Shown here one piece after another: positions 12,831 through 27,199 of a stretch of DNA of 64,000 nt. A model generated the notes under the pieces. It had not been told where the DNA came from and made no database searches. It was given only the letters and a program-made list of their open reading frames with translations. This stretch comes from Octopus vulgaris (lineage: Eukaryota). The stretch lies in assembly GCA_951406725.2 (NCBI GenBank), contig OX597816.1:92070001-92134000 (forward strand), given 5' to 3'. Within the stretch, counting starts at the first letter, position 1; each line of letters begins with the position of its first letter. The position numbers and the translations under genes are program-made.

Positions 12831-13458
12831 TTAGTAACAAGTTTATACAGTCTGTAATAATATGGTTATTGAATTCGAGGATGGTGGTGGTGGTGGTGGT
12901 GGTGAGAAGGATTTAATTTATAGTCTTTTCACATCCCAGAATAGATAAGACCATTAACAGGAATATTGTCGGCGTAAAGTTTTTAAAATTATTATCTTGC
13001 ATGTAAAAGGCTGTTTATGGGAACTCGTATGTATGTAAAAACACACGCACGCACGCACGCACACATATAAATGCACACTTACATATGTGTCTATATGTGT
13101 GAGTGTGTGTGTGTATATGCATATATGTGTATGTGTGTGTTTATATTTTTCTCAAATTAAAAACCTGTTTTGTTATCTGTGTCCCTTATTTTTGCCCACT
13201 AACTTAGTATTTCGACAAATGGTACCTGATAAAGAAGTAGTGGTGTGGTAGTGGTGGTGGGGGTGTCGTTGTTGGTCGAGGATAGCTTTACTTGACTAAC
13301 ACCTGTGAAGGCAGTGTTCCAGTATGACCACAGCCCAGTTACTAAGCTACTAAAAGAATAAAAGGAGTAACTAAAATCCTAAAATAATACTAACCCCCTA
13401 CTTAATTTATTCGGTATTCTTCTAACTAAAGAGGAGGATATTCAATGTTCTATTAAAA

Positions 13459-13692
13459 GGGCGGTGAGCTGACAGAATCGTTAGCACGCCGGGCAAAATG
13501 CCTAGCGGTATTTCTTCTGACGTTACGTTCTGAGTTCAAATTCCGCTGAGGTCGACTTTGTCTTTCATCCTTTCAGGGTCGATTAAATAAGTACCAGTTA
13601 CGCACTGGTGTCGATGTAATCGACTTAATTCCTTTGCCTGTCCTTGTTTGTCCTCTCTATGTTTAGCCCCACTGTGGGCAATAAAGAAATAA
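13459..13692 (+). mobile_element. SINE family C, full length
   Basis: ggcggtgagctgacagaatcgttagcacg head, gagttcaaattcc B-box, Meta/MESC-like gtcgactttgtctttcatcctttcagggtcgattaaataagtacc, and an A-rich end. Confidence 0.85.
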
Positions 13693-13884
13693 ATATTCTA
13701 TCAAAAGAGTGAGTGAGAGAGGGGGAGGGAAGGAGAGAGAGAGACAGGGAGAGATAGTAAGATCCTTTTGTTGTATGTCTAATTAAATGTAATTACCCCG
13801 TTCTCGTCTTTAATTAGAGATGTGAAGGTGTTTAGAGGGATACTTATAGCCAGATTGCTAATAGATTATTTCTGATTAAAAAAA

Positions 13885-14250
13885 TTCTTTATTCTTTTAC
13901 TTGTTCCATTCAGTGGACTGCGGCCAGGCTGGGGCATAGATTTTAAGTGTTAGATTAATCAAATCGACCTTATATATGTGTCTGTAAATATCTTATACAT
14001 GTCTGACACTCTATTCTGCCGGTCTCTTTTGCTTAACTAAAAACTTACGGGACGTTAACAAACCGACCCCGGCTTTCTTCCAAGTAGTGATAAGTAAACA
14101 CAAACACAAACTCTTACGCACACACACACACACATGCATTTGACGGGCATCCGCTCTGATATTGTTTATCAAATTCATTCACAAGTTATTGTGGAAAGAA
14201 CTTGCCTAAAATGCCATGCAGCGGGACTGAACCCGAAACACAGCCACATC
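13885..14250 (-). mobile_element. SINE family A, diverged copy
   Basis: Reverse complement of family A throughout, ending in gcgggactgaacccgaaac. Confidence 0.75.
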
Positions 14251-16970
14251 AGTAGAAAAATTCAACATTGAAAGAATTCATTATTGGTCTCAGGACACTT
14301 AAACGGACGCTGGTCTCTTCAGAACCTCAAATCGCTATCTAGATTCACTACAGAAAGAGCAACGTGCAAAAACCATAAATAAAAATTGTCGTGTTTAGAA
14401 GAAAATAGGCGAGGCTTCTTTTGTCGAGATAAAAGCAATGTAACTAAGAAGTTGTATAACGAATTTACAGATGAAATAAACTGAAACAGGAAAGGTTGGG
14501 TGATTATGTTTATATAACAGCAGAAGGGATATATTTCCTACTGATACCTTTTATTAACACCGAGAGAATGGAAGGCAAGGGTGATTCCGGTGGGGTTTGA
14601 ACGAATAACGTAAAGATTTGGAAAAAATACCGCGAAGCATTTCATCCGACACTGTATTGGCACTGCCAGTTCATCGCCTTTCATCCCTTAAGGGTTAATA
14701 ACAAGGAGCCATTTAAGTTCAGTGGATAGGCGGGACTGGTTTAGAGGTTCGGCCTTGCGAAATCTGTTCCAGCCTTTTGCATCTGTTTTTTTTTTTTTTA
14801 GTAGATGATTTCTGGAGAAAGAGGCAAAACGCATATTCGCCGAGGCTTGTGAGAATGAAACCCGTTAATGTTCCATTTAAACTGACAATAACGCCTGCGA
14901 GCATACAGTTGCCAAGTTCTATCGGTCCAAGTCATTGGCCTTTCACTTGAAAAAGCGTATGTGGTGTAGAGAGGGGATACCTGCACGCAGGGGCAATTGC
15001 TAGTCTCCTCCCTAAAAAATATACCCCACCTCGAAAAAAAAAAGCACGAAAAAACTCTGCTCGGGCCTGCGTACACATGTATTGGCGCATCGTCAACATT
15101 AAGTCAAGAAAGTCCCTACTATATATATGTGTAATAGGGACTTTGTCGACCAGCATTGACCATGCACTTATGATTATATATATATATATATATAACCCTT
15201 AACTGTAATATTAAAAAAGTTAGTCAGCCACTCTCTGGTTCAATTTAAACTTGCTAGCAAATTTGAGAAAGCTTTTTGGATTAAGTTACGTTGTTGGCAG
15301 GTTGTGGGTAAATAAAATGTTAATGCTAACGCCTTCCAAGTGACATTAAATCGTAATATGTAATAAGCATTCAAATGAAGCGTCTGAGCAAACACACACA
15401 CATACGTACACACACATATACATACACATGCACACTCATACATATTCACACACGCACTATATAATATTTATGTGCGCACACACACATATACATATATATA
15501 TAATATGTAATATGCGTATTGTGTGTGTGTGTGTGTGAGCGTGAGTGTGTATGTGCGTGTGTGTATGTGTGAGTGTGCGCGTGTGTGAAATAAGATTTAG
15601 ACTTAAAACGCATAGGAAATTTGTCAAGGCACTTCCGCAAGGTGGAGTCGAGTGATGTCATATCCGGGCAGAAAACTGGGCGGGTTTAAGAGTTTTGGGC
15701 CAAGAGAAATTTTTGCTAAAAACTTGTAAATGTATTAACATAATAAACAGTCGATGCAGGCATGGCTGGTAATAAATAAATCTACTCAGTAAACTGTGAA
15801 CTTGTAATAAGTAATTCGCAAACATTTATAATTAATGTTTTTGCACATTAATGCATTAACTAACATTGCGCAGATGTGAATGTGTTCATATTATTCTGGG
15901 GTAGCTTATCTATGCTGAAGTTTTAATAGCAAAATTTTCTATATCAACCCATATCAACTTTTTAAATAAAGATAAATTTAAACCAAATAAAGGTCTATTT
16001 TATTTTAAAAATGAGTCACTAAAGGGTCACCATATCTAGCTGGAATAAATATGTGACTCCAAATTTGAAATCTAATTTCTGTTAATTCTGAGAAATTTAA
16101 TAAAAAAAAGTATAAAAAAGAGCGATGTGTCTTAAAATTCAGTTAAATGTAACTAATGCAATATCTAAGAAGTTTTCAAAAGTTACATGTAACAAAAAAA
16201 AAAAGTGAATAGACAATTATTCACTACTCAGTGTACCGCGTTGAAAAAGTTATGTGCAGTATGCTGGAATATGCATATATAATCTATAGCCTGTCAGGTG
16301 ATTGCGGCAATCGAACATTTAAAGTACACCAGGTAAAGTATTCACTTTCTTTTTCTATGTTGGAAAGTACTGTGTTAGTTCACTTTATAGTCAACCTGGA
16401 CACTGTCTTTCCTTTTGCTTCGTTTTTTTTTATTCGAGCATTCGTCCTTCCTCATTCTAATACTTCTCTACCGCCCCAGGCCCCATCATTGTCCGTGCAG
16501 GGCTACTTTCACTTTCGTTTCGTTATTTTGAATTGGAATGCGTGTTTGTGTGAAAATATGAAGTGGAGGAAAAACAGATAGAAAACAGGACGGAGGAGGA
16601 AAGAGAGAATGAAAGAGAGGGAGAGGGAGAGAGAAGATAGAGACAAAATAAAAAACAAAAAGAAGCAACAAATTAAAAAAAGAAATAAAAAATACTAAAG
16701 AGTAAGAGTGGATAACACATTAGGTAACAAGCAGGTGTATATATAGCTTTAAAAAACAATAAGAAAGAAAGAAAAAGGACAGAAAGAAGAAGATATCGAA
16801 AGAAGAGGGGATTGAAAGAGAGAAAGAGAGCGGGAAGAGACAGGGAATAGTAACTTGATGAATGTCAAAGAAAACTGAGTTCGGAGAAAGTATAAAAGGA
16901 GAGGAATGAGTGAAAGAAGGGTTAAAGAAAATAGGAAAAAGTGAAGGAGAGTTATGTAGAATAGAGCTTA

Positions 16971-17220
16971 CCTTTTAAACTATGTAAAAGCTTGAAATAT
17001 GCACAACGGTGATGTGTCGCTTCTTCCGGCTTCTGAGAGTTTTCTTGCAAGTGTGTGACTTTTCCCTTTACTCTTACTGCTAGCTCATGTAACTGGTGCT
17101 ACGCTTACTGAGCACTGCTATTCTCGGAGGCGCCAGGCGTACACTGTGTCGAAGCTGGACTGTAAACCGCCAATCGAAAACCGGGAACATATCACGTGAA
17201 TAATGTACATTACCCGCGCA
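16971..17220 (-). promoter_or_regulatory. Putative promoter plus non-coding first exon of a minus-strand transcript
   Basis: Unique CpG-containing island. Consensus minus-strand donor AAG|GTAAGC (exon end 16971), a CCAAT box near 17171 and the palindromic E-box TCACGTGA near 17192 upstream. Confidence 0.4.
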
Positions 17221-17478
17221 CATCCACATACTACAGCACACAAAAATACAGACACATAAAGCACGCGCACACAAGCATACACACTAGCACAAACAGATGC
17301 AATAAGGTAGAAACCAGTTTCAGTTTTTTTTTTTAATAGGAAAAAATTATATATATATATATTCACACTATTTGGGCAAAGTAAACTGCTAAAATCTTCT
17401 ACATCACATTTGACGGTACACATACAAGGATATGGAAAAAAGCAGTTCAGTCATATACACATAAAGATATACATACAC

Positions 17479-17482
<4 letters not shown>

Positions 17483-17553
<71 letters not shown>

Positions 17554-17783
17554 ATAATGTATATAAATATATCAACACTTGATTTCACTCTAAAGTTACT
17601 CCCTATTGTATACATATACACAAAAGTAACTTTACACTAGCACAGATGCGCACACGCACACACAGATACACACATGCAGTCACTTATATAACATGTTAAA
17701 CACACACACGCACACACACACACACATGTACATATGTATGCATGTGTGTGTGAGTGTGTGTGTGAGAATGTATATATATATAA

Positions 17784-17822
<39 letters not shown>

Positions 17823-17899
17823 CTTTATATTTATATTTATGTATATATACGTTAGTATATATGCACGTGTATGTGTGCACATTTAGGAAAATACATAAG

Positions 17900-17933
<34 letters not shown>

Positions 17934-18147
17934 CATACATACATATATATATATAGGTATATATGTATGTGTATATAAGTAGTTATATATATATGTGTAT
18001 GTATGTACATATGTATATATATATACATATAGGCATGTATATGTAATGCATCTTATATATATATATATAAGATTACATGTCTACATATAATTATGAGTGT
18101 CTACGATTATATACAAATGTGTGTACATATTTATGCATATTCGATGC

Positions 18148-18245
<98 letters not shown>
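17483..18245. repeat. (TA)n, (CA)n and (TATC)n microsatellite cluster
   Basis: Directly visible. Confidence 0.95.
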
Positions 18246-18699
18246 TTCTCTCTTGTATCCCCACGCATAGATAATCAATATATAACCATATAATCGATAT
18301 ATAACCATAAGGTATACCTCACATATCTTTGATAACTTTCAGTTATCGTCTCCACATATTCTACTAAAAATTTCGTCGTCCTAGACTCGTTATCGGTAGT
18401 CTTTTTGTATCTATCAAACTTCAATAATTCTCACCTTTTAATGCATTAAACTATGAAATTACTAAGCTCTTTCTTTCGCCTTATATAAGGCTATGTATGT
18501 ATACATATATACTTATACTTACACACACACATAGACACTATGTATGTATATACACACGCACACGCATATATATGTATGCATATATATACTTATATCTATG
18601 TCTCTGTGTGTGTTCTCGCGCGCGTTTGTCTGTTAAGGAAAAACTGAATTATGTCTCGAGCTTAGAACCCATAAAGCTGGGACGAATGCACTTTTCCGT

Positions 18700-18905
18700 A
18701 GCTTATAAGTGACTTAGGATACAAAAGTATCCCCTGGAGAAAACGCTAGTCCGTGCTAAGGTTAACTTTAATCGTTATTAGTGGGTTGACTGGGACAACG
18801 TGAAATGAAGTGGCTTGCTCAATGACAGTGCGTCTGCTTGGAAATCGAACCCTCAGTATTATAATCATGAGCCCAAACTCCCTAACTACTTGCCAAGCGC
18901 CTTCA
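18700..18905 (-). mobile_element. SINE family B copy with a different tail type
   Basis: caacgtgaaatgaagtg.c.tgctcaa and gaaatcgaacc...ccctaac.act..gcca.gcgcc are the reverse complement of the family B head. Confidence 0.65.
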
Positions 18906-19055
18906 CAGACTCACACGCAGAGACACACACACACAGAAACATAAACACATGCAAACGTATATGCACATGTGTATGTAGCTATATCTATATATATATTCTT
19001 TAGATATATGCATACATACACACATCTGTTCACATAGATATACACAAACATTTGC

Positions 19056-19116
<61 letters not shown>

Positions 19117-19117
<1 letters not shown>

Positions 19118-19527
19118 TGGCTGAGTGGTAAGTAGCTTGTTTACCAACCACATGTTTCCGGGTTCAGTCCCACTGGGTGGCACCTTGCGAAAGTGTTTTT
19201 AACTATAGCCCCGGGCTAACCAAAGCCTTGTGAGTGGATTTGGTTGACGGAAACTGAAAGAAACCTGTCATATGTATGTATATATATATATATATATATA
19301 TGCATGTGTGTGATATGTTTGTGTATCTGTGTTTGTCCCTCCTCCCAAGCATCGCTTGTGTTTATGTCCCCGTAACATAGCGGTTCGGCAAAAAAAAGAC
19401 CGATAGAATAAGTACTAGGCTTCCAAAGAATAAGTACTGGGGTCGATTTGCTCGACTAAAGGCGGTGCTCCAGCATGGCCGCAGTCAAATGAGTGAAACA
19501 AGTAACAGAACAAAAGAATAAAAGAAT
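19117..19527 (+). mobile_element. SINE family A, near full length, directly after (TA)n
   Basis: A-box tggctgagtggtaag, B-box gggttcagtccc, and a body closely matching the 7033 copy. Confidence 0.88.
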
Positions 19528-19792
19528 ATAGATATATTTATTTATTAGTGTGTGTGTGTGTGTGTGTGTGTGTGCATGCATGTGTATGCTGTATATATAC
19601 GTATGTGTTTATGTATATATGTAACACGTGCAAATACATACACGCCTATGCACACATATACGCATACATCTATGCATACGAATATATTAGTATACAAACA
19701 CATACACGCACATACATACATACAGGTTTGTGTACGTGCATGTACCGTATGTATATATATCAAAAGATTATAATATTGCCTATCTCTGAACT

Positions 19793-19805
19793 ATCATCGT
19801 CATCG

Positions 19806-19894
<89 letters not shown>

Positions 19895-19913
19895 GTCATC
19901 ATCACCGTCATCA
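19793..19913. repeat. (CAT)n trinucleotide microsatellite
   Basis: Directly visible. Confidence 0.95.
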
Positions 19914-20017
19914 TGCATAACAAATCGGTAGTCTGAATACATTTTATGTGCCAGTGTATATACAGTGTGGACTCATCCATTAAAATACATATTGACATTT
20001 GCGCTTTTGTATATATA

Positions 20018-20081
<64 letters not shown>

Positions 20082-20208
20082 CACACAGAGATAGACAGAT
20101 TAAACACGCACACACAAGTAGTTCAATGTCTTTCTGTTCATCTCTGTCTTTCTTCCTCCTCTCTCTCCTTTGCTATATAACTTTTCTTTCTTTCCGAATA
20201 TCTATGCT

Positions 20209-20242
<34 letters not shown>

Positions 20243-20573
20243 GCTCTCTCTCTCTCTCTCTCTCTCTACGCTCATCTTTCCCTAGCTTTAAATTATTTGG
20301 ACTTCATACAAACTATTGAATTTCAGGTACAATTAAAGTTGAATATAAATGTAATATAAAGTTGATTTCCAAGAGTACCGGCATGCCACAGCCAAAGATA
20401 CACACACACACACACACACAAGCTCTCTCTCTCTCTCACGTGCACACAAACACACATACACAAGCATACACACATATCTATACATACGTACATTTCAATG
20501 CATACGTACGCACATTACATATGCATAAATGCATACTTTCATCTTTGGTACTGTCTGTCTATCTCCTTCCTCT

Positions 20574-20609
<36 letters not shown>

Positions 20610-20859
20610 ATCCCCCCCTCTCTCACACACATATCCACACTCATGGACAAATGCGTGTATAAGTTGGCGTCTATAAAAAGACATTTCTGAATGTACAGAC
20701 ACACATACACACAAATTCCTTCACTCTGTTATTGCCTTCAGCCACACGAGGCTGGTCATGCTGGGGCATTGTCAGGTTGCCTATCCCTCTCTCTCCCTCA
20801 CCCGCTCCCTCTCTCTAGCGCACACTCACATGGATGTATTTATATATATATATATATAT

Positions 20860-20910
<51 letters not shown>

Positions 20911-20975
20911 TACATGTATTTATATATGTATATTTACATACACATATACATAAATACATATATATGTATATTTGC

Positions 20976-21036
<61 letters not shown>

Positions 21037-21135
21037 AGAATAGTTATTTATGTGAATTCTTATGAATATCTAATTCTGTATATATATGCATGCATATGTA
21101 CGTGTGTGGTTAAGAAAGCTTGCTTTCGTGTATCA

Positions 21136-21444
<309 letters not shown>

Positions 21445-21459
21445 TTTTCTTTAATATAC

Positions 21460-21517
21460 CTGCTACTTTGATCTTTAGTTTGTTGTAGCAATCACAACAA
21501 AGTCCATGCTGGAGCAT
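21460..21517 (-). CDS. Candidate short first coding exon ([19 protein letters not shown]+G, phase 1), product unknown
   Basis: AAACAATG start context, an open frame to the donor CAG|GTATAT, in a unique island between microsatellites. No homology recognised. Confidence 0.25.
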
Positions 21518-21760
21518 TGTTTGCGAACAAGACTTTCGAGAAATTTAGCAAAGTGCCCCGCCCCCCACACCGTGCCAGAATTAGCAGCTAAATCTCTTTC
21601 AAATCACAGCTCAGCATCTTTATATACATCGTATAACACTCTGAACAAGTGATCTTAGATAACAAAAGAAAAAAAAAAAGGAAAAGAGTGTTGATGATGG
21701 TCATGGATGGAGCATCTCTTGTCATAGGTCCGCGCAGTGAAGTCTGGCTTGGTACTGAAA

Positions 21761-22114
<354 letters not shown>

Positions 22115-22663
22115 ATTTGGTCTGAGATGCGGTACTCGTGCACGGCTAGTACCGTCCACCTGACAAACTCCCTACCAACACGTTATGCCGCATGGAATGG
22201 TCTCCGGATGTAAACTCCTAAGCATACTCGACACGAAATAATGCAAAGTTTATATAAAAATATACAGGGGGGGCACATATGTGTACATACACACGCATGT
22301 TTATATATGGGTGTGTTTATGTGTATGTGTGAATGTTTATATGTGTGTAAACGTTTGTTGGTCGACAGTTATAGTTTTGTGCATATAGATGTGGTTGTGT
22401 TATATTCGTTTGTTTTTGTATAGAATTATGACCATTGTTTAATGCTTATGATTACAGACATAATAAATAAACATTTAATTTGGGTCTTATACCTCTTATG
22501 GCCATCGGTCTGAATGCAGATATATATCTATGAATAAATCTACACACACACATACATATACATTCATACATGCATCTCTCTCTCCCCCTCGCTCTCTCTC
22601 TCTAAATATTTATATATACATACATGCATACATGCGCACACACATACATACATACATACTCAC

Positions 22664-22696
<33 letters not shown>

Positions 22697-22732
22697 CATA
22701 CATATATATATATAATTGTATAGATATATATT

Positions 22733-22779
<47 letters not shown>

Positions 22780-22850
22780 GTATATATATATCTGTGTGTG
22801 TATTTATATATATGAAATATGTGTATATATTTATACACACCACATATATA

Positions 22851-22897
<47 letters not shown>

Positions 22898-23142
22898 CAT
22901 ATAAACATACATGCGTTCATGCAGGTATTGTGTAACTAAACGTACTACATTGATATTTCATAAAGAATATTTTTGAAATTTCGGGAGAATATTTGTTCCC
23001 GTAGTGTATGTGGGATTTTGATTAGTGAATTAATTAGGTTTCGCACACTTATTGATCTGCGCATCAAAAACACACCTATGACTGCATCAGCATCTTCATC
23101 ATCATCCTCCCTCCACCTCATCGTAATCATCACTGCCGTCAG

Positions 23143-23197
<55 letters not shown>

Positions 23198-24378
23198 GAC
23201 AGCAGCAGGTTATTAAAAGAGAGAGAGAAAGAGCAGATACGGCGAGGCCGAGGAATGTTTGACGAATGAAAGTTAGTGATGCCAAGATCTAAAAACGCCT
23301 GATTGATCGCCAACTCTAGCCGCAGTTTTGTTGGCATTAAAATTCAATAGAAAACCAATTCCGGAGGAGCTCTGTCTGAAAAAAAAAAATCAAAGAAATA
23401 TTCCCATCCCCCAACAAGAAACAAGAAAAAAAAAAACCCCAGAAAAAAATACAAAAGAAACAAAAGAAAATCAGGAACAGAAAACAAAAATAGGAAACAC
23501 GAATCAAAACTCCTAGAACAACAATAACAATAACAGCAACAAAGGCACCAGCTGCAGCTGGAATTACAGCGGCACTCTTAGCACCGCCAACACCACCGAT
23601 AACACCACCAGAATCACCACAAATACCAGCTTCGTTACAAATACAACACACCACCGCACATCCCCGTAATACTCTGATGATAATGACAACGACTACGGCG
23701 ACCATCACCTCTACCACCGCCATAAACAGCAGCTTCACTACTACCACTACCACCTCTACTATCTTCCCGCCACTACCTGATACTACCATGCCACCACCAC
23801 TACTACCACTACTACTACTACCACCACCACAGCTGCAAGAAGCTACAAATTAAAGTTCAACATAAAAACAGAAAAGTAAAAGCGCTTTAAGAAGACGCGA
23901 GATCGAAAGCCGTAGGAAATAAGCAGATTAAAGGGTCAAAATTGATTACATTATAGAATGCCGTTGCCCCTGTCAACTTTGCCTTTCATCCTCTTGAGGT
24001 TACTAAAATATGTACTGGCTTCAAAACTGCTGGCCTTGTTCCAAAATTAGAAAGAATTACCTTTATTACCCTTGGCCTAGTTTACATTTGTTATGTCATA
24101 GGCTATTATTAGCATCTTTTTAACTATTCCATTACAAGATCTATTTATCTATCCATCTATCTTTTACATGTATATGAAAACATTTGTGCATATATTTATA
24201 TATATATGTAGAAAGTCAAATGGCAATTTGGTAAAACATTGCACTACAAGATTGTGGTAATTAAGTTTGTGGGGAGTGTTGCCTAGTTTGGTGGGTTATC
24301 CATCGTGAAGTTTGCCATCTGATTAATGTTATTAAAATCAGAAGCAAACCCAACTTTGTGACACTTATATACACGTAC

Positions 24379-24453
<75 letters not shown>

Positions 24454-25134
24454 AAGGCAAACACATCCTTTTATTTCCCTGGTTTCTTTCGTTGGTCACT
24501 AATCATGTTGCGACTTAAAACGTTATGGTTGATCGCGATAATCTTTCTCTGTTTATCTACAATAGACATTCGCAAAATTCCCTAAGTGCATTGCGGTCAA
24601 CCTGAAACTGGAGTAGAAGACATTTTCCGGCGTATCGCGCAATGAGATTTAATGCGGAACCACAATGCGAGGTTAAGAACTTCGTTTTGCAATCATTCCT
24701 GTTATTTGTAAAGAAAAAAAATGCTCATGTGTTGAAACAAAATCTGGTTATCACCCGATGAGTAGTATTATAGAGCAAGTATAGATCAAAGCTTATATTT
24801 TAAATAGAAATTCTAGCTGGAATGCTTGCACAAATTTGGACTTAGGTAAAGAAACCAACCAAATAGTCGAATTAAGTTTACCACCCAAAAAGGCCACGGC
24901 AATATTTGAACTCACGACGCAAGGAAGTAGAACAATTAATGCTTTGCAGTGTTGGGTCTTGCCAGTCTTACTGGTCTGCGAATCTATCACTCTTGATTGG
25001 TACTTTTCTCAAATCGTTCTCAAAAGATGAAACGCAAAATTGATTTGAAATCAGATTGCCGGATGTAAGAACAAATATTGAAAGACATTCCATTTGATGC
25101 TATAAACGACTCTGTTAGATATGCATATATAAGC

Positions 25135-26045
25135 TTTGAACGAATGAAATTTATCGTTCAGTGCTATTGGAAACTGTCAATTGCAAAGACAGTTCAGGAA
25201 GGATTTTTAAATAAGTTTATCTACCTGACTTACCATCACCTGAATTAGAGATAAGTTTGAAGCAGATGGAACTGTTCAGAATGTCCAAAAGAAACGTTCT
25301 GAAAGACCGTGGATATGAAAAGAAACTGTGTGGTGAGTCTCGTGAGATAGGAATTTCAAAATCAAGCGTCTCTTGCATTTCGAAGCATTGTCATTAGAAA
25401 AATTACATTCCAAGATCACTCAATACCCTCATTGTTGATAAGCCGATTTGTGGAGTTTTGTGATTAGTGCTCGGCAAGATGCGAAGATGCACACCTTCCA
25501 GGAAAGATTGTTCGGTGTGATGAGACTACGCTTAAATCAAATGGCCCAGTAAATCATCTACTGAGGATTCGAATATAGGCATCATGTTAATTTACCAGGA
25601 ATTACAGTATAGTGTAGCTTATTATCAAAACGATTAATTAGGCCTTTATTTTTACAGTACTGCAACTGGTACCATTTACTTGAACTTGCTGCTACAATCT
25701 GTCATTCAAGAAGACTTTGAAGATGTGGAGTTAAATTTCCAGCAAGATGAGACACCCCAAACACTACCATAGTAACTTTTGCCAAACAGCTGGACTGAAC
25801 GAAGAGAATAAATAGAATAGCCTCAGCGTTCACCGAATTTCAAACCACAAAACTTTTCTTATAGGAACACTTAAACGATAAATTTTGAAGTACAAAACTG
25901 GCAACAGGCGACGACTTGAGGGCAGCCATTGACGTAGAATGCGCACAAGTACCAAACAAAATGTTTCTTGATGTTTGCGATTCCAATGCTTCTTATTAAC
26001 AATAGTGCTTGCAGCAGAATGGTCATCAGTTTTTAAACAGGTGTT
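25135..26045 (+). mobile_element. Decayed Tc1/mariner-superfamily transposase
   Basis: Fragmentary translations IRDKFEADGTVQNVQKKRSERP, GKIVRCDETTLKSNGPVNH (first catalytic D), HVNLPGITV, FQQDETP (second D), plus a decayed PRSPDL-type region. Many stops and frameshifts. Confidence 0.8.
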
Positions 26046-26186
26046 CATAAAAAGTTAGATTGTCTGTAGGTTCTTATAAAATTTCAAAATGAGATATGAT
26101 TTAATAAACACTGACATTCAATGTGTGTGTACATTTTTTTGGACACATGCATACACACTCATGCAATACATCTGTGTATATATTTA

Positions 26187-26227
<41 letters not shown>

Positions 26228-26229
<2 letters not shown>

Positions 26230-26342
26230 CGGGAAGCTTTATGAAAATAGACAAAAGACGAAGGCAGGTTTACGGAAATAAACAAAAGACGAAGGCAGGT
26301 AGAATACAAACAAACAATTGTATTAGTATGGCGCTCAGGAAA
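26228..26342 (-). mobile_element. Short repeat end (PLE-type 3' tail) running into (TA)n
   Basis: The minus strand reads cctgagcgccatactaatacaattgtttgtttg...cctgccttcgtcttttgt...tatata. A related tail is at 7760-7820 (+). caaaagacgaaggcaggt is duplicated internally. Confidence 0.5.
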
Positions 26343-27199
26343 TATATATATATCTATAACTATAAAATAAAATATCGTTCCTCTCTTTATTTCTTTCTTC
26401 GCAAAGAAAATTGTACAACTAGCACATGATGTATATAAGTTAAAATTAAGAATCTGATGGTAATGTATGCACCAATTGTATTACCCTTGACCAATATAAG
26501 AGGTAACAGCACTTGATATTCTTTACCACACATACACGTGCACATATGCACATACACATATGCACATACACATGCTTATATTTGGCATATACTATAAAAA
26601 TCTATCCAACAATGAAAACATTCTATAATCCATTCAAGAAAATTATACCTCCAGATTAAAAGTTAAAGAAATGCAACGACCTAAATGCATCAGACAACAA
26701 CCTATTAAAAATATACAAACCCCCAAAAAAGCATAGTAAATGAATCAGATGTATATTAATATATAAACTAAATGCATGCTAGTTACGGAGGTGATGAACG
26801 CATTATCAAAAACATCATAAAAGCGCATACAAAATCTACTCGGGTAAATCATAAAAAACTAACAGTAATATTATAAAACGAAAGTACAAAAATTAAAAAC
26901 CATCTTAAACCATAGTTATGCAAATTTACAAACAATTACTAATCATAGCAATGACAAATAATTATTAGTATTATTAATAGTGGTACTAATAACAAGCTCT
27001 AATGTGATTTATGTATCCGAATGCAAACTCGAAAGTTATATACTTTACAAATCTTAAATATTCATGTGGTCACACGAATGTGATACTTTTCCTCTGGTGC
27101 AATTGCTATGGATTACACTACACAACACAAGCTAAAATTCTTTGAGACTACTAATTTTCTCCTTCATTCCCATCCAATCTTTTCTAATCACAACTTTTC

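Noticed and set aside
14281-14330. Minus-strand CTGAAGA followed by an AATAA-type tail
   Set aside because: There is no GAAA or helix II partner. At best it is a deleted hammerhead relic.
22945-23789. ORFs MPTKLRLELAINQAFLDLG... and the Val-rich 150-aa frame
   Set aside because: They run into (ATT)n or derive from degenerate (ACC/AAC)n sequence, with no splice or homology support.
26600-27150. Possible very old Penelope-type relic (DERIIKNII, NVIY-like words), with similar hints at 37600-38100
   Set aside because: Too degenerate to call by eye; it needs a profile search.
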